From Pseudoxanthomonas sp. (GTDB lineage: Bacteria > Pseudomonadota > Gammaproteobacteria > Xanthomonadales > Xanthomonadaceae): 49,253 nucleotides of DNA. Made by a program: the position numbers and the translations under genes. The DNA is taken from the NCBI GenBank assembly GCA_040508175.1, contig JBEVNH010000083.1, positions 1-49,253 of the forward strand, written 5' to 3'. The notes below the pieces were generated by a model. It did not search any database. It saw only the letters and a program-made list of their open reading frames with translations, and had not been told where the DNA came from. Shown piece by piece: positions 1 to 9,830 of the stretch (position 1 is its first letter; every line of letters starts with the position of its first letter).

Positions 1-399
1 GAGGTCGTGCGACGCTTGGCTGCAGGACGATTGGCCTGTCGCGGCCCCGGCTATTGACCACTTGCCCAGAGTGCGTCCGATCGCGCGATGCCGCGATGCG
101 GTGCCCACGTCCGTCTACCTCCGCGTCCGGCCCCGCCCGAGGTCGTGCTTTTTTTATACCGCGACACCGGAACGATTGAGGTGCTCCACCGCCAAGGACG
201 CGGGGAGCACGCACGGCGTCAATGGAGTCGCCAGCAGCTACGCACGTTCAGCCGGTCGATTCACATCGTTGCCTCGACCAGGGCGACGAATGGGTGGCAG
301 GTCGTTGCGTCGGGCTGTCGTGCGCTGCCACGTCACATACGAAATCATAATTACTCAATTCCTACCATGCGGGCCGTTTCGTCTTTCTTGGAGCTGGAA

Positions 400-1149
400 A
401 TGGAACTGCAAGACCAAGTCCTGATCGTCACTGGCGGCGCCAGCGGCATCGGGCGCGACGCCTGCCTGGCGTTGGCGGCCAAGGGCGCCGACCTGGTGGT
501 GGCCGATTTCAACCTGGCCGGTGCACAGGCCGTGGCGGCCGAAGTGCAGGCGCTGGGGCGCCGCGCCGTGGCCTTCGACGTGGATGTCTCCAAGGCCGAG
601 CAGGTCGAGGCGATGGTCGAGTTTGCCGTCGCACGGCTCGGCACCTTGAATGGCATCTTCAACAACGCCGGCATCTCCAAGGTCCAGTCGTTGCTGGAGA
701 TGGACCCGGCGTCCTACCACCGTGTGATCGACGTGGACCAGCACAGCGTCTACTACGGCCTGCATTACGGGGCGCGCAAGATGGTCGCGCTCGGCGCCAA
801 GGGCACGTTCGTCAATACCGCATCGATCTTCGGCTACGTTGCCGCACGTGGCAGCTTCAACTACAACGCCGCCAAGTCGGCGGTGGTGGCCATGACCCGC
901 ACCGCCGCGCTGGAACTGGCCGAACACGGCATCCGCGTGGTCGCCGTGGCGCCGGGCTTCATCGACACGCCGATGATGGGAGAAGACCCCGGCATCAAGC
1001 CGCCGCTGGCTGCCCAGCACATGCACAAGGCACTGATCCAGCCCGGGCAGGTGGCCAGTGTGGTCGCGTTCCTGTTCACCGAGGCCGCGCGGGCGGTGAA
1101 CGGCGCCACGGTGCCGGTGGACGACGGCTTCCTCGCCTTCAAGGTCTGA
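400..1149 (+). CDS. SDR family NAD(P)-dependent oxidoreductase
   Basis: TGGASGIG Rossmann motif, NNAG, YNAAK catalytic motif and PGFIDT. ATG at 400 is preceded by GGAG; the upstream extension in the ORF track is not SDR-like. Confidence 0.92.
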   Translation: MELQDQVLIVTGGASGIGRDACLALAAKGADLVVADFNLAGAQAVAAEVQALGRRAVAFDVDVSKAEQVEAMVEFAVARLGTLNGIFNNAGISKVQSLLEMDPASYHRVIDVDQHSVYYGLHYGARKMVALGAKGTFVNTASIFGYVAARGSFNYNAAKSAVVAMTRTAALELAEHGIRVVAVAPGFIDTPMMGEDPGIKPPLAAQHMHKALIQPGQVASVVAFLFTEAARAVNGATVPVDDGFLAFKV

Positions 1150-1310
1150 CAGGACGGCGGCGGCGCACGCCGCTGCGGCGCCGCTGTCCGGGCACGCCAT
1201 GGACCTGGACGTCCGCGTGTCGTGGATGCGCGGGAGAGGGGGAGTTGGCACAATGCGCGGCCTCTGTCCCGCGCCGCGTTCCGGCGCCGGGCCCTCCCGT
1301 AAGGCGTGCC

Positions 1311-2786
1311 ATGTCCTTGCTGCATTCCGAACTGGCGCAATGGCGCCACAGGCCCGTGGGCGAACTGCTGGCCGGCGCGGTGGCGACTTTTGCATTGATT
1401 CCCGAAGTCATCGCGTTCTCGTTCGTGGCCGGCGTGGACCCGCAGGTGGGGCTGTATGCCTCGTTCGTGATTTCACTGGTGATCGCCTTCACCGGCGGTC
1501 GTCCGGCGATGATTTCCGCCGCGGCCGGGTCGGTGGCGTTGGTGGCCGCGCCCCTGGTGGCCAGCCATGGATTGCGCTACCTACTGGCGGCTGGCGTGCT
1601 GGCCGGGCTGGTCCAGGTGCTGTTCGGCCTGCTGCGGCTGGGCGTGCTGATGCGTTTTGTTAGTGCATCGGTGCGCACCGGTTTCGTCAACGCGCTGGCG
1701 ATCCTGATCTTCAGCGCGCAGCTGCCACAGCTGGCCGGCGGCGCCACGGTCACGCTCGCCATGCTGGGCCTGGGGCTGTTGATCATCTACGGCCTGCCGC
1801 GATTGCCTTTGCCCGGCGTGTCGGCCATTCCCTCGCCACTGATCTGCATCGTGCTGCTCACCGTCATCGCCAGCGCCATGGGCCTGCCGTTGAAGACAGT
1901 GGGCGAGCTGGGGCAACTGCCCGACCATCTCCCGCAGTGGCATGGCCTGCGCGTGCCGCTGACGTGGGACACGCTACGCATCATTGGCGGCCCGGCGCTG
2001 GCCATCGCGCTGGTGGGCCTGCTGGAGTCGCTGATGACCGCGCGCGTGGTCGATGCGCTGACCGACAGCCCCAGCAGCAAGAGCCGGGAGTGTGCAGGAC
2101 TTGGCCTGGCCAACGTCGCCGCGGGGCTGTTCGGCGGCATCGCCGGCTGCGGCATGATCGGACAGACCGTGGGCAATGTGCGTTACGGCGGTCGCGGTCG
2201 CCTGTCCACGCTGTTTGCCGGGGTATTCTTGCTGATCCTGATGGTGCTGTTGAAGGACTGGGTCTCGCGGGTGCCGGTGGTGGCGCTGGTGGCGATCATG
2301 GTGATGGTCTCGGTGTCCACCTTCGATTGGGGCTCGCTGCGCAAGCTGGTGGCCCATCCCAAGCTGTCCAGCATCGTCATGCTGTGCACCGTTGCCGCCA
2401 CCTTGATATCGCATGACCTGTCCATCGGCGTCGGCCTGGGCGTGCTGTTGAGCGCCCTGTTCTTCGCCTGGAAGGCGGCCTCGGCCGTGTCCGTGTCGCA
2501 GACGGTGGACACGCAGGCCGATGGCCTGCGCGTGCACCGCTACCACGTGGCCGGCCCGGTGTTCTTCGCCTCGGCCGATGCCTTCCTCGATGCCTTCGAT
2601 CCGCGCCAGGCGCAGGGGCAGGCCGTGGTGCTGGATCTGACCGCCGCGCGCTTTTGGGATATCACCGCGCTGGCCGCACTGGACACGTTGCGAGAACGCT
2701 TCGCCCACCATGGCTGCCGCCTGCAGCTGGTCGGCCTGCAATCACGCGCGCTGCTGCCGGATGCAGCCGAAGAGATCGCCAGCTGA
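1311..2786 (+). CDS. SulP family inorganic anion transporter with C-terminal STAS domain
   Basis: ALIPEVIAFSFVAGV, GGRPAMIS, ESLMTA and GCGMIGQ motifs, multiple TM helices, STAS-like GPVFFAS...DITAL. Confidence 0.92.
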   Translation: MSLLHSELAQWRHRPVGELLAGAVATFALIPEVIAFSFVAGVDPQVGLYASFVISLVIAFTGGRPAMISAAAGSVALVAAPLVASHGLRYLLAAGVLAGLVQVLFGLLRLGVLMRFVSASVRTGFVNALAILIFSAQLPQLAGGATVTLAMLGLGLLIIYGLPRLPLPGVSAIPSPLICIVLLTVIASAMGLPLKTVGELGQLPDHLPQWHGLRVPLTWDTLRIIGGPALAIALVGLLESLMTARVVDALTDSPSSKSRECAGLGLANVAAGLFGGIAGCGMIGQTVGNVRYGGRGRLSTLFAGVFLLILMVLLKDWVSRVPVVALVAIMVMVSVSTFDWGSLRKLVAHPKLSSIVMLCTVAATLISHDLSIGVGLGVLLSALFFAWKAASAVSVSQTVDTQADGLRVHRYHVAGPVFFASADAFLDAFDPRQAQGQAVVLDLTAARFWDITALAALDTLRERFAHHGCRLQLVGLQSRALLPDAAEEIAS

Positions 2787-2789
2787 GGC

Positions 2790-3418
2790 GTGCCGAATGA
2801 CAGGTCTTGGCCTGTGGGTGGCAGCGGCGCACCAGGGCCGTCGCAGCGGCCTGTTGGCGCTGCTGCGGATCGCTCACTGCGGAAGCGGCAGCAAACTCGA
2901 TCCTGACCTTCTGGCAGCCCCCATCGTCGGCGCGGATATCGCTGATGCCTTCAAAACGCGCCAGGCATCGGTCCCGGATGGAATCGCTCACCTGCAGCGC
3001 CGGTGCCAGGCCGCCGTACCACGCATCCGTCGCCAGCAGGAACGACTGCAGGCCGCCATGCGCGGCGCCCGGTGCGATGCGCAGGTCGAGGTTGCGCTGG
3101 CGCGCAGGCAGCAGGAATGCGATCTGGCGTTGCCTGCCCTGCAGTAACGCCTCCTAATAACGTTGTACATACGCATTGAAGCCTGCATCGATCACCTGAT
3201 TGGCGGCAGGATTCAGTGGCGCGGTCTGTAGGGCCTGGCCTTCCTTCTGGCTGAACACCTCACGCCCATACGCCAATGGTCTTCGCGATAGCGCACCTTG
3301 CCATCCTCGCTGTAGGCCACGCCTCGTGCGTCGCTCGTGCAAGGACGGGCGTCGCCAGCAGGACAGGCAACAACAGCAGCAGGCGATGCAGTGCGGCGTA
3401 CTTCATCTTGAATTTCAT
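2790..3418 (-). pseudogene. Degraded gene for an exported hypothetical protein
   Basis: Signal peptide MKFKMKYAALHRLLLLLPVLLATPVLA, a frameshift to GVAYSEDGKVRYREDHWR, a second shift to GREVFSQ...VIDAGFNAYVQRY, an in-frame TAG at 3154-3156 (probably a former TGG), then EALLQG...LARFEGISDIRADDGGCQKVRIEF in the same frame. The 3' limit is approximate. Confidence 0.7.
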
Positions 3419-3587
3419 GCGGGACGCATGGGGGATGCGCGTGTGGCGGCGTGGTGGATGAAGGCGTGATGTCATGGTGACGGCCTTGATCTGGTCTTAG
3501 CGCTTCTTTCATGCGCTGGCGATGCCGGGGCGCCCAGCATGGATACCCGCCCGGCCATCCTGGTCGGGGACTTCCCAAGGAACGCCC

Positions 3588-4412
3588 ATGACAGCTGCAT
3601 CCGCGCAATCGCGTGTCCGCCTCCATGTTGAAGACAGCGGCGGTGATGGTCGCCCCGTTGTCCTAATCCACGGCTGGCCGCTTTCCGGCGCCTCCTGGAG
3701 TGAGCAGGTTGGCCCGTTGAAGGATGCGGGCTTTCGGGTGGTGACCTATGACCGCCGTGGCTTCGGCCGCTCGGACAAGCCCGAAAGCGGATTCGATTAC
3801 GACCATCTGGCCGATGATCTTGCGGGCGTGCTGGAGTCGCTGGACCTGCGCGATGCCAGCCTGGTCGGGTTTTCCATGGGCGGCGGCGAAGTGGCGCGCT
3901 ACATCGCACGCCATGGCCAGTCTCGGCTGCACAGCGTGGTGTTCGCCGCCGCCGTGCCGCCATACCTGATGCAGACGCCGGACAACCCGGATGGTCCGCT
4001 GACCAAGGATCAGGCCGCGTCCATGGAACACGATCTCAAGGCTGATCGCCACGCGTTCTTCGAGCGTTTCACGACCGATTTCTTCAGCGCCGATGGCGCA
4101 CTGAAGGTCAGCCAGGCCCAGCAGCAGGAAGCGGTGGCCCTGTGTGAACAATCCGACCAGAGGGCGGCGCTGGGCTGCATGCAGGCCTTCGGCACCACCG
4201 ACTTCCGGGAAGATCTGAAACAGGTGACGGTTCCGACCTTGGTGTTGCACGGCGACGCCGATGCCATCGTGCCGCTGGAGGGGTCGGGCCAGCGCACGCA
4301 TGCGGCGATCGCCGGCAGCGCGCTCAAGGTTATCGAGGGTGCGCCGCACGGCTTCAACGTGAGCCATGCCGACGCATTCAACCAGGCGTTGCTGGCCTTC
4401 CTGGAGCAGTAG
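3588..4412 (+). CDS. Alpha/beta hydrolase (non-heme haloperoxidase/arylesterase-like)
   Basis: HGWP oxyanion motif, YDRRGFGRS, GFSMGG nucleophile elbow, HGDADAIVP, GAPHG. Confidence 0.92.
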   Translation: MTAASAQSRVRLHVEDSGGDGRPVVLIHGWPLSGASWSEQVGPLKDAGFRVVTYDRRGFGRSDKPESGFDYDHLADDLAGVLESLDLRDASLVGFSMGGGEVARYIARHGQSRLHSVVFAAAVPPYLMQTPDNPDGPLTKDQAASMEHDLKADRHAFFERFTTDFFSADGALKVSQAQQQEAVALCEQSDQRAALGCMQAFGTTDFREDLKQVTVPTLVLHGDADAIVPLEGSGQRTHAAIAGSALKVIEGAPHGFNVSHADAFNQALLAFLEQ

Positions 4413-4455
4413 CCGACACACGTGCGACATTAATCGCGCGCGGTATGACGCAATC

Positions 4456-4490
4456 CACATCGGCGCCGACAGGCGCCGATGTGCGTTCTG
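4456..4490 (+). terminator. 12-bp stem hairpin downstream of the hydrolase (possible terminator)
   Basis: CACATCGGCGCC-gaca-GGCGCCGATGTG with only a weak T tract after it. Confidence 0.45.
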
Positions 4491-4698
4491 CATCGGGGAA
4501 TGGCGCGCTGCACAAACGCTTGGCGTAACGATCTGTTTATGATCGGCCCACCCACTCAGGCGCACGTGCTGCCTGATGTCTGCCACCGGTCATCGCGACC
4601 GATGCAGTGATGGATCGCTCATCAGGTTACTTGCTGCCAGCCGCTGGATCCGTCGCGGCCCCCTGGCATCGCATCTTCGATGAAGAACCGGAGGCCTC

Positions 4699-7086
4699 AT
4701 GAATATTCCTGTGCGTCGCTTGCATCTCACCCTCGCCGTCACCGCGGCGCTGGCCTGCCCATCGCTGGCTGCGCAGACCTCGAAGGAGGAAGGCGACGCC
4801 GGACGTCCGAACGCCACGACGCTCGATACCGTGGTGGTCAGCGGCACCGCGCAGTTCAAAGGCCTGCGCAAGCGCGATACCAGTTTTTCCATCACCACCG
4901 CCACGCCCGAGCAGATCCAGGAGGCAGTGCCGCAGAGCACGGCGGACCTGCTGAAGCTCGTGCCGGGCGTGTGGGCCGAGCCCAGCGGCGGCGGGACGGG
5001 CGCCAACATCTTCGTGCGCGGCATGCCCTCGGAAGGCGACGCGCCGTTCGTGACCATGCAGTTGGATGGCTCGCCGCTGTTTCCACCGCCCACGCTCTCC
5101 TTCCTGGAAAATTCCACGCTGTTCCGCACCGATGATTCGGTCGAGCGGATGGAAGTACTGCGCGGTGGCTCCAGTCCGATCTTCTCCAACGGACAGCCTG
5201 GCATCACCGTCAACTTCATCCAGAAACGCGGGCAGGACACGCCGGAGGGCAGCGTTCGGCTGACCGCGGGCAACAACGCGCTTAAGCGCATCGATGTATT
5301 CAGGAGCGGACCCATGGGCAATGGCTGGTACTACAGCGTGGGCGGCTTCTTCCGCGAGACCGACGGCGTGCGCGATCCGCAGTTCGCCGCGGACAAAGGT
5401 GGCCAGTTCAGTGCAACGCTGACCAAGCGCTGGGATGAAGGCGAGTTCAGCCTGTACGCGCGCCACACCGATGACAACAACGCGTTCTACACCGCGATCC
5501 CACTGCTCTCGCGCAATGCAGGGCGCGATCTGTCCGGCTTCCCGGGCCTGGATCCGCGGACAGGCACCCTGATGAGCCGGGATCTGCAGCACGTGACCCT
5601 GCCCGTGGGGCCGAACGGGGAAACCATCAGCCGCAACCTGGCTGATGGGCGTGGTGTGAACATCGATGTGTTCGGCGGCGCGCTGGACTGGAGCATGGGT
5701 GACTGGACCATCGCCGACCGTTTCAACGTCATGAGTGGCGATACGCCCACCAATGCGTTGTTCACCGGCAATGCGCCACAGACGATCTCCGATTACATCG
5801 CCAGCTTCGGCGTCGGCGGCAGCGCGACCTACAGCCGCACCGGCGCGGCCGTTGACCCGAGTCAACAGGTGCTGGAGGCGGGCTGGTGGGTGGTGGACAA
5901 GCATCTGTCCTCGTTCACCAACGACCTTCGGTTGAGCCGCGAGCTGTTCGCCGGCAACACGCTGACCGTGGGCAGTTACTACGCCAGGTACTCCTCCCGC
6001 GACCAGTGGTTCCTCGGTAACAACATGCTGATGACCGCGCAGAACAACGCGCAGCGCATCGACGTGGTGCTTGATGACGGCCGCCAGGTCACACGCAACG
6101 GACAGGCGGGGACCTCCACCTTCGCGCTCCGTGACGATTTCGAAGGCGAGAACCTGGCGTTTTTCGTGGCCGACGAGTGGGAGCTCAACGAGCGCCTGCG
6201 CCTGGACCTGGGCGTGCGCTACGAGCAGCAGGACGTCACCGGCACCATCCACGACACTGCCGAGGTCGACCTGGATGGGGACCCGAACACGCTCTACGAC
6301 AACGCAACCTCGATCTCGCTGGCCGGCGTACGACGCGTGAACCAGAAGGACGACAAGGTGTCCTGGACGGCGGGTCTGAACGTCAAGCTTAACGATCAAT
6401 TGAGCCTGTTTGGACGTGCCAACGCCGGCTTCAAGTTCCCCGGCTTCGACAACCTGCGCGATGGCCAGACCCTGGTGCAGGAAGTGGACCAGTACGAGCT
6501 GGGCCTGAAGGCCGGCAATGCGACCTACGACCTGTATCTGACCGGCTTCTACAACACCTTCGAGAACTCGCCGTTCCAGGCGTTCCTGGCCAATGGAGAC
6601 AACTTCACCACCGAGGGCGATTCGCGCGCGTACGGCGTGGAAGTGGAAGGTGCCATCCGTCCGTTCGGTGGCTTCGAGCTGGCCGCCACCGGCGTCTGGC
6701 TGGATGCCAAGTACCGCAACTACGAAGCGTTCACCGGCAACCAGGTGATGCGCCAGCCCAAGCGCCAGTATCGGCTGACGCCGAGTTACTACTTCGCGCT
6801 GCCATTCGGCGACCTCAAGCTGTTCGCCACCTACTCCTACATCGGCGATCGCTTCGCCGACCTGGCCAACAGCCAGCGCCTGCCGGCCTATGACATGGTC
6901 GATATCGGCGCCAGCCTGCATGCGGGCGAGCATTGGGAGGTGCTGGCCACCGGCAGCAATGTCAGCAATGCGCTCGGCCTGACCGAAGGCAACGTGCGCG
7001 TCCCCGGCGGAGCCACCAACGGGGTGTTCATGGGGCGGCCCATTGCCGGTCGCCAGTACCAGCTCTCGGTGGCCTACCGCTGGTGA
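4699..7086 (+). CDS. TonB-dependent receptor (probably carbohydrate/trehalose uptake)
   Basis: Signal peptide, TonB box-like LDTVVVSG, plug motif VERMEVLRGG, C-terminal YRW, GGAGG RBS; directly upstream of a trehalase. Confidence 0.92.
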   Translation: MNIPVRRLHLTLAVTAALACPSLAAQTSKEEGDAGRPNATTLDTVVVSGTAQFKGLRKRDTSFSITTATPEQIQEAVPQSTADLLKLVPGVWAEPSGGGTGANIFVRGMPSEGDAPFVTMQLDGSPLFPPPTLSFLENSTLFRTDDSVERMEVLRGGSSPIFSNGQPGITVNFIQKRGQDTPEGSVRLTAGNNALKRIDVFRSGPMGNGWYYSVGGFFRETDGVRDPQFAADKGGQFSATLTKRWDEGEFSLYARHTDDNNAFYTAIPLLSRNAGRDLSGFPGLDPRTGTLMSRDLQHVTLPVGPNGETISRNLADGRGVNIDVFGGALDWSMGDWTIADRFNVMSGDTPTNALFTGNAPQTISDYIASFGVGGSATYSRTGAAVDPSQQVLEAGWWVVDKHLSSFTNDLRLSRELFAGNTLTVGSYYARYSSRDQWFLGNNMLMTAQNNAQRIDVVLDDGRQVTRNGQAGTSTFALRDDFEGENLAFFVADEWELNERLRLDLGVRYEQQDVTGTIHDTAEVDLDGDPNTLYDNATSISLAGVRRVNQKDDKVSWTAGLNVKLNDQLSLFGRANAGFKFPGFDNLRDGQTLVQEVDQYELGLKAGNATYDLYLTGFYNTFENSPFQAFLANGDNFTTEGDSRAYGVEVEGAIRPFGGFELAATGVWLDAKYRNYEAFTGNQVMRQPKRQYRLTPSYYFALPFGDLKLFATYSYIGDRFADLANSQRLPAYDMVDIGASLHAGEHWEVLATGSNVSNALGLTEGNVRVPGGATNGVFMGRPIAGRQYQLSVAYRW

Positions 7087-7167
7087 GCGATCCCTGCGCC
7101 TCGCCCGGTCACGGCCGGATGAGGCGCGATGTGCATCATGTTCCTCAACCCCAGACCCGCCGATGCC

Positions 7168-8817
7168 ATGAAGCTTGATGCCTGTTCCCTGCGTGCGCCA
7201 CTCGGTGGATGGATCGTGGGCCTGATGCTGGCTGGCTGCGCCAGCTTCCCGCGCGACGCCGTTCCAGCCGCGATGCCCAAGGAGAACGTGCCTGCGCCTT
7301 CGGTTGCCGCGCAGGCGCAGGCGACACCGGACGTGCTGTATCCGGAACTGTTCGGCGCGGTGCAGGAAGGGGCGTTGTTCACGGACCAGAAGCACTTCGT
7401 GGACCTCACCCCCCGGCACGACCCGGCGCAGATCCGCGCCGCGTATCTGGCCAAGCGCGGCCGGCCGGGCTTTGATCTCGGCCGCTTCGTGCAGCAGCAT
7501 TTCCAGGAGGACGCGCCGATCCAGGCCGCCGCCATCCGTCAGGACACCGGGCTGGAGGCGCATATCGACGGGTTGTGGCCGGTGCTGACCCGCAGCTTCC
7601 ACGACACCTCGCCGTACAGCAATGCGTTGCCGCTGCCGCACCCCACGGCGGTGCCCGGCGGGCGTTTCCGCGAGGTCTACTACTGGGATTCCTACTTCAC
7701 CATGCTGGGGCTGGTGGCCAGCGGCGAAGACAGGTTGTCGCGCGACATGCTGGACAACTTCGCCTTCCTCATCGACACCTATGGCCATATCCCCAACGGC
7801 ACGCGCAATTACTTCCTGACGCGTTCGCAGCCGCCGTTCTTCGCCTTCATGGTCAGTGACGAAGCCAGCCGCGGGGGCGATGCCGTCTACCGCAAGTACC
7901 TGCCGCAGCTGCAGAAGGAATATGCGTACTGGATGGAAGGCGCACAGACCCTGGCCGCTGGCAGGGCCCATCGGCGCGTGCTGAAGTTGCCCGATGGCAC
8001 GGTGCTGAATCGCTACTGGGACGACAGCGACCAGCCGCGCCAGGAGGCCTGGATCCACGACCTGCGTACGGCCAAGGAGGCCCGTCCGCGCCCGGCAGCG
8101 GAGGTCTATCGCGATCTGCGTGCCGCGGCTGAGTCGGGCTGGGATTTCTCCGGTCGCTGGTTCGATGACCCGATGAAACTGTCGACCATTCGCACCACGG
8201 CGTTCGCGCCGATCGATCTCAACAGCTTGATGTATCACCTGGAGATCACGCTGGTTGCCGCATGCAGAACCGAGCCACCGGCCTGCACGATCGATTACGC
8301 CACCGCCGCCAAGCAACGCCAGGCCGCGGTCGAGCGTTATCTATGGAACCCCAAGGGCTACTACGCCGACTACGACTGGCAGCGCAGACGTGTCAGCGAT
8401 GCCGTGACCGCGGCAACTGCCTTCCCGCTGTTCGCCGGGCTGGCCAGCCGCGACCACGCCCGCGTGACCGCCGCGACCGTCAAGGCGCGCTTGCTGCGCC
8501 CCGGTGGTATCGCCACCACCGAGCACACCACCGGCCAGCAATGGGACGCCCCCAACGGCTGGGCGCCGCTGCAGTGGGTGGCCGTGGAGGGGCTTCGCCG
8601 CTACCAGCAGGACGCGCTGGCTGAAAGCATCGGCCGCGGTTTTCTCGGTCGCGTACAGGCCCTGTTCGCGCGTGAGCACAAGCTGGTGGAGAAGTACGAC
8701 ATCGACGCCCGCGACGGCGATGCCCACGGCGGTGGCGGCGAATACCCCAACCAGGATGGCTTTGGCTGGACCAATGGCGTCACACGTCGACTGCTGGAGC
8801 TGTATCCGCCACGTTGA
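7168..8817 (+). CDS. treA: Periplasmic/lipoprotein alpha,alpha-trehalase (GH37)
   Basis: DQKHFVD, PGGRFREVYYWDSYF, HIPNG, RSQPP, AAESGWDFS, QWDAPNGWAPLQW, QDGFGWTNG; lipobox LAGC. Confidence 0.95.
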   Translation: MKLDACSLRAPLGGWIVGLMLAGCASFPRDAVPAAMPKENVPAPSVAAQAQATPDVLYPELFGAVQEGALFTDQKHFVDLTPRHDPAQIRAAYLAKRGRPGFDLGRFVQQHFQEDAPIQAAAIRQDTGLEAHIDGLWPVLTRSFHDTSPYSNALPLPHPTAVPGGRFREVYYWDSYFTMLGLVASGEDRLSRDMLDNFAFLIDTYGHIPNGTRNYFLTRSQPPFFAFMVSDEASRGGDAVYRKYLPQLQKEYAYWMEGAQTLAAGRAHRRVLKLPDGTVLNRYWDDSDQPRQEAWIHDLRTAKEARPRPAAEVYRDLRAAAESGWDFSGRWFDDPMKLSTIRTTAFAPIDLNSLMYHLEITLVAACRTEPPACTIDYATAAKQRQAAVERYLWNPKGYYADYDWQRRRVSDAVTAATAFPLFAGLASRDHARVTAATVKARLLRPGGIATTEHTTGQQWDAPNGWAPLQWVAVEGLRRYQQDALAESIGRGFLGRVQALFAREHKLVEKYDIDARDGDAHGGGGEYPNQDGFGWTNGVTRRLLELYPPR

Positions 8818-8878
8818 GGTGTGCAAGCCCGTCGGAGGGCTGCGTCGCCTCAGCCCGGCGCCTCGCGTCGCATACTAG

Positions 8879-9784
8879 GTGCCCCTCTCCGCGCCCGGCG
8901 TCCAACTGATGTTCAAAGGCATCCTCCTCGGCTTCGCCTGCTACGCGGCGTATTCCATCAGCGATGCCTTCGTGAAGCTGCTGGAAGGCGCGCTGCCTTC
9001 GTACGAGCTGGTGTTCTTTGGCGCCTTGTTGATGCTGACCGCCGTGCCCTTCCTCAAGAAGCCGGATGACCGCTGGCGTGATGTGGTCATGGCGAAGAAG
9101 CCGGCGATCTGGCTACTGCGTGCCTTCTGTGGCGCCGCTGGCAATCTCACTTCGGTCATCGCCTTCACCCATCTGTCGATGGCCGAGGCGTTCGCGCTGA
9201 TCTTCCTGATGCCGATCTTCGTCACCGTCCTGTCGGTAATGCTGTTGCGCGAGGAGGTGCACTGGCGCCGCTGGACGGCGGTGGTGGTGGGCTTCATCGG
9301 CGTGCTCGTGGTGTTGCGTCCTGGTTTCCGAGCATTGAGCGAAGGCCATGTCGCGGCGATCATCTGCGGCCTGACTGGCGCGGTGTCGGTGATCAGCCTG
9401 CGCATGGCCGGGCCAGACGAAAAGCGCATCACGCTGTATGGCGCAGGCGTGATCGGTCCGCTGGTGATGGGCGGCATCCTGATGCTGCCGTCCTTCGTGT
9501 GGCCCACGGCATGGCAGTGGCTGATGATTGCCGGGTACGGACTACTGGCCGGGTTCGCGGCAATCCTGATGATGCATTCCACGCGGCTGGCGCCGGTGAG
9601 CGCGGTGGCGCCGACCCAGTACAGCCAGATGCTATGGGCCATCGGTTTCGGCTATTGGCTGTTCCACAGCAAACTGGACTGGATCACCGGTGCCGGGATC
9701 GTGCTGATCCTGGGGTCCGGCCTGGTGACCTTCCTGCGCTGGAGCCAGGTCACCAGCTGGCGGCGCAGGACGCGGATCGTGTGA
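8879..9784 (+). CDS. DMT/EamA family transporter
   Basis: About 10 TM helices with a duplicated EamA pattern (F..PIFVT.LS..LL.E.V..RRW; APTQYSQMLWA). The start may instead be the ATG at 8909. Confidence 0.88.
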   Translation: MPLSAPGVQLMFKGILLGFACYAAYSISDAFVKLLEGALPSYELVFFGALLMLTAVPFLKKPDDRWRDVVMAKKPAIWLLRAFCGAAGNLTSVIAFTHLSMAEAFALIFLMPIFVTVLSVMLLREEVHWRRWTAVVVGFIGVLVVLRPGFRALSEGHVAAIICGLTGAVSVISLRMAGPDEKRITLYGAGVIGPLVMGGILMLPSFVWPTAWQWLMIAGYGLLAGFAAILMMHSTRLAPVSAVAPTQYSQMLWAIGFGYWLFHSKLDWITGAGIVLILGSGLVTFLRWSQVTSWRRRTRIV

Positions 9785-9830
9785 TGCCGCTGCGATCACG
9801 TGGGATTGCAGCGGCATCCGAACGCCCGGC

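Noticed and set aside
340-362. AT-rich stretch upstream of the SDR resembling a Fur box
   Set aside because: Only one half-site resembles the consensus; probably just a promoter region.
1150-1310. GC-rich inverted repeats upstream of sulP considered as a riboswitch
   Set aside because: No conserved core of guanidine, fluoride or SAM aptamers recognised; the pairing is expected at this GC content.
2710-3147. 145-aa + strand ORF after sulP
   Set aside because: Antisense shadow of the minus-strand pseudogene.
4627-8316. 1229-aa minus-strand ORF
   Set aside because: Antisense shadow of the TBDR and treA caused by high GC3 codon bias; no recognisable motifs.
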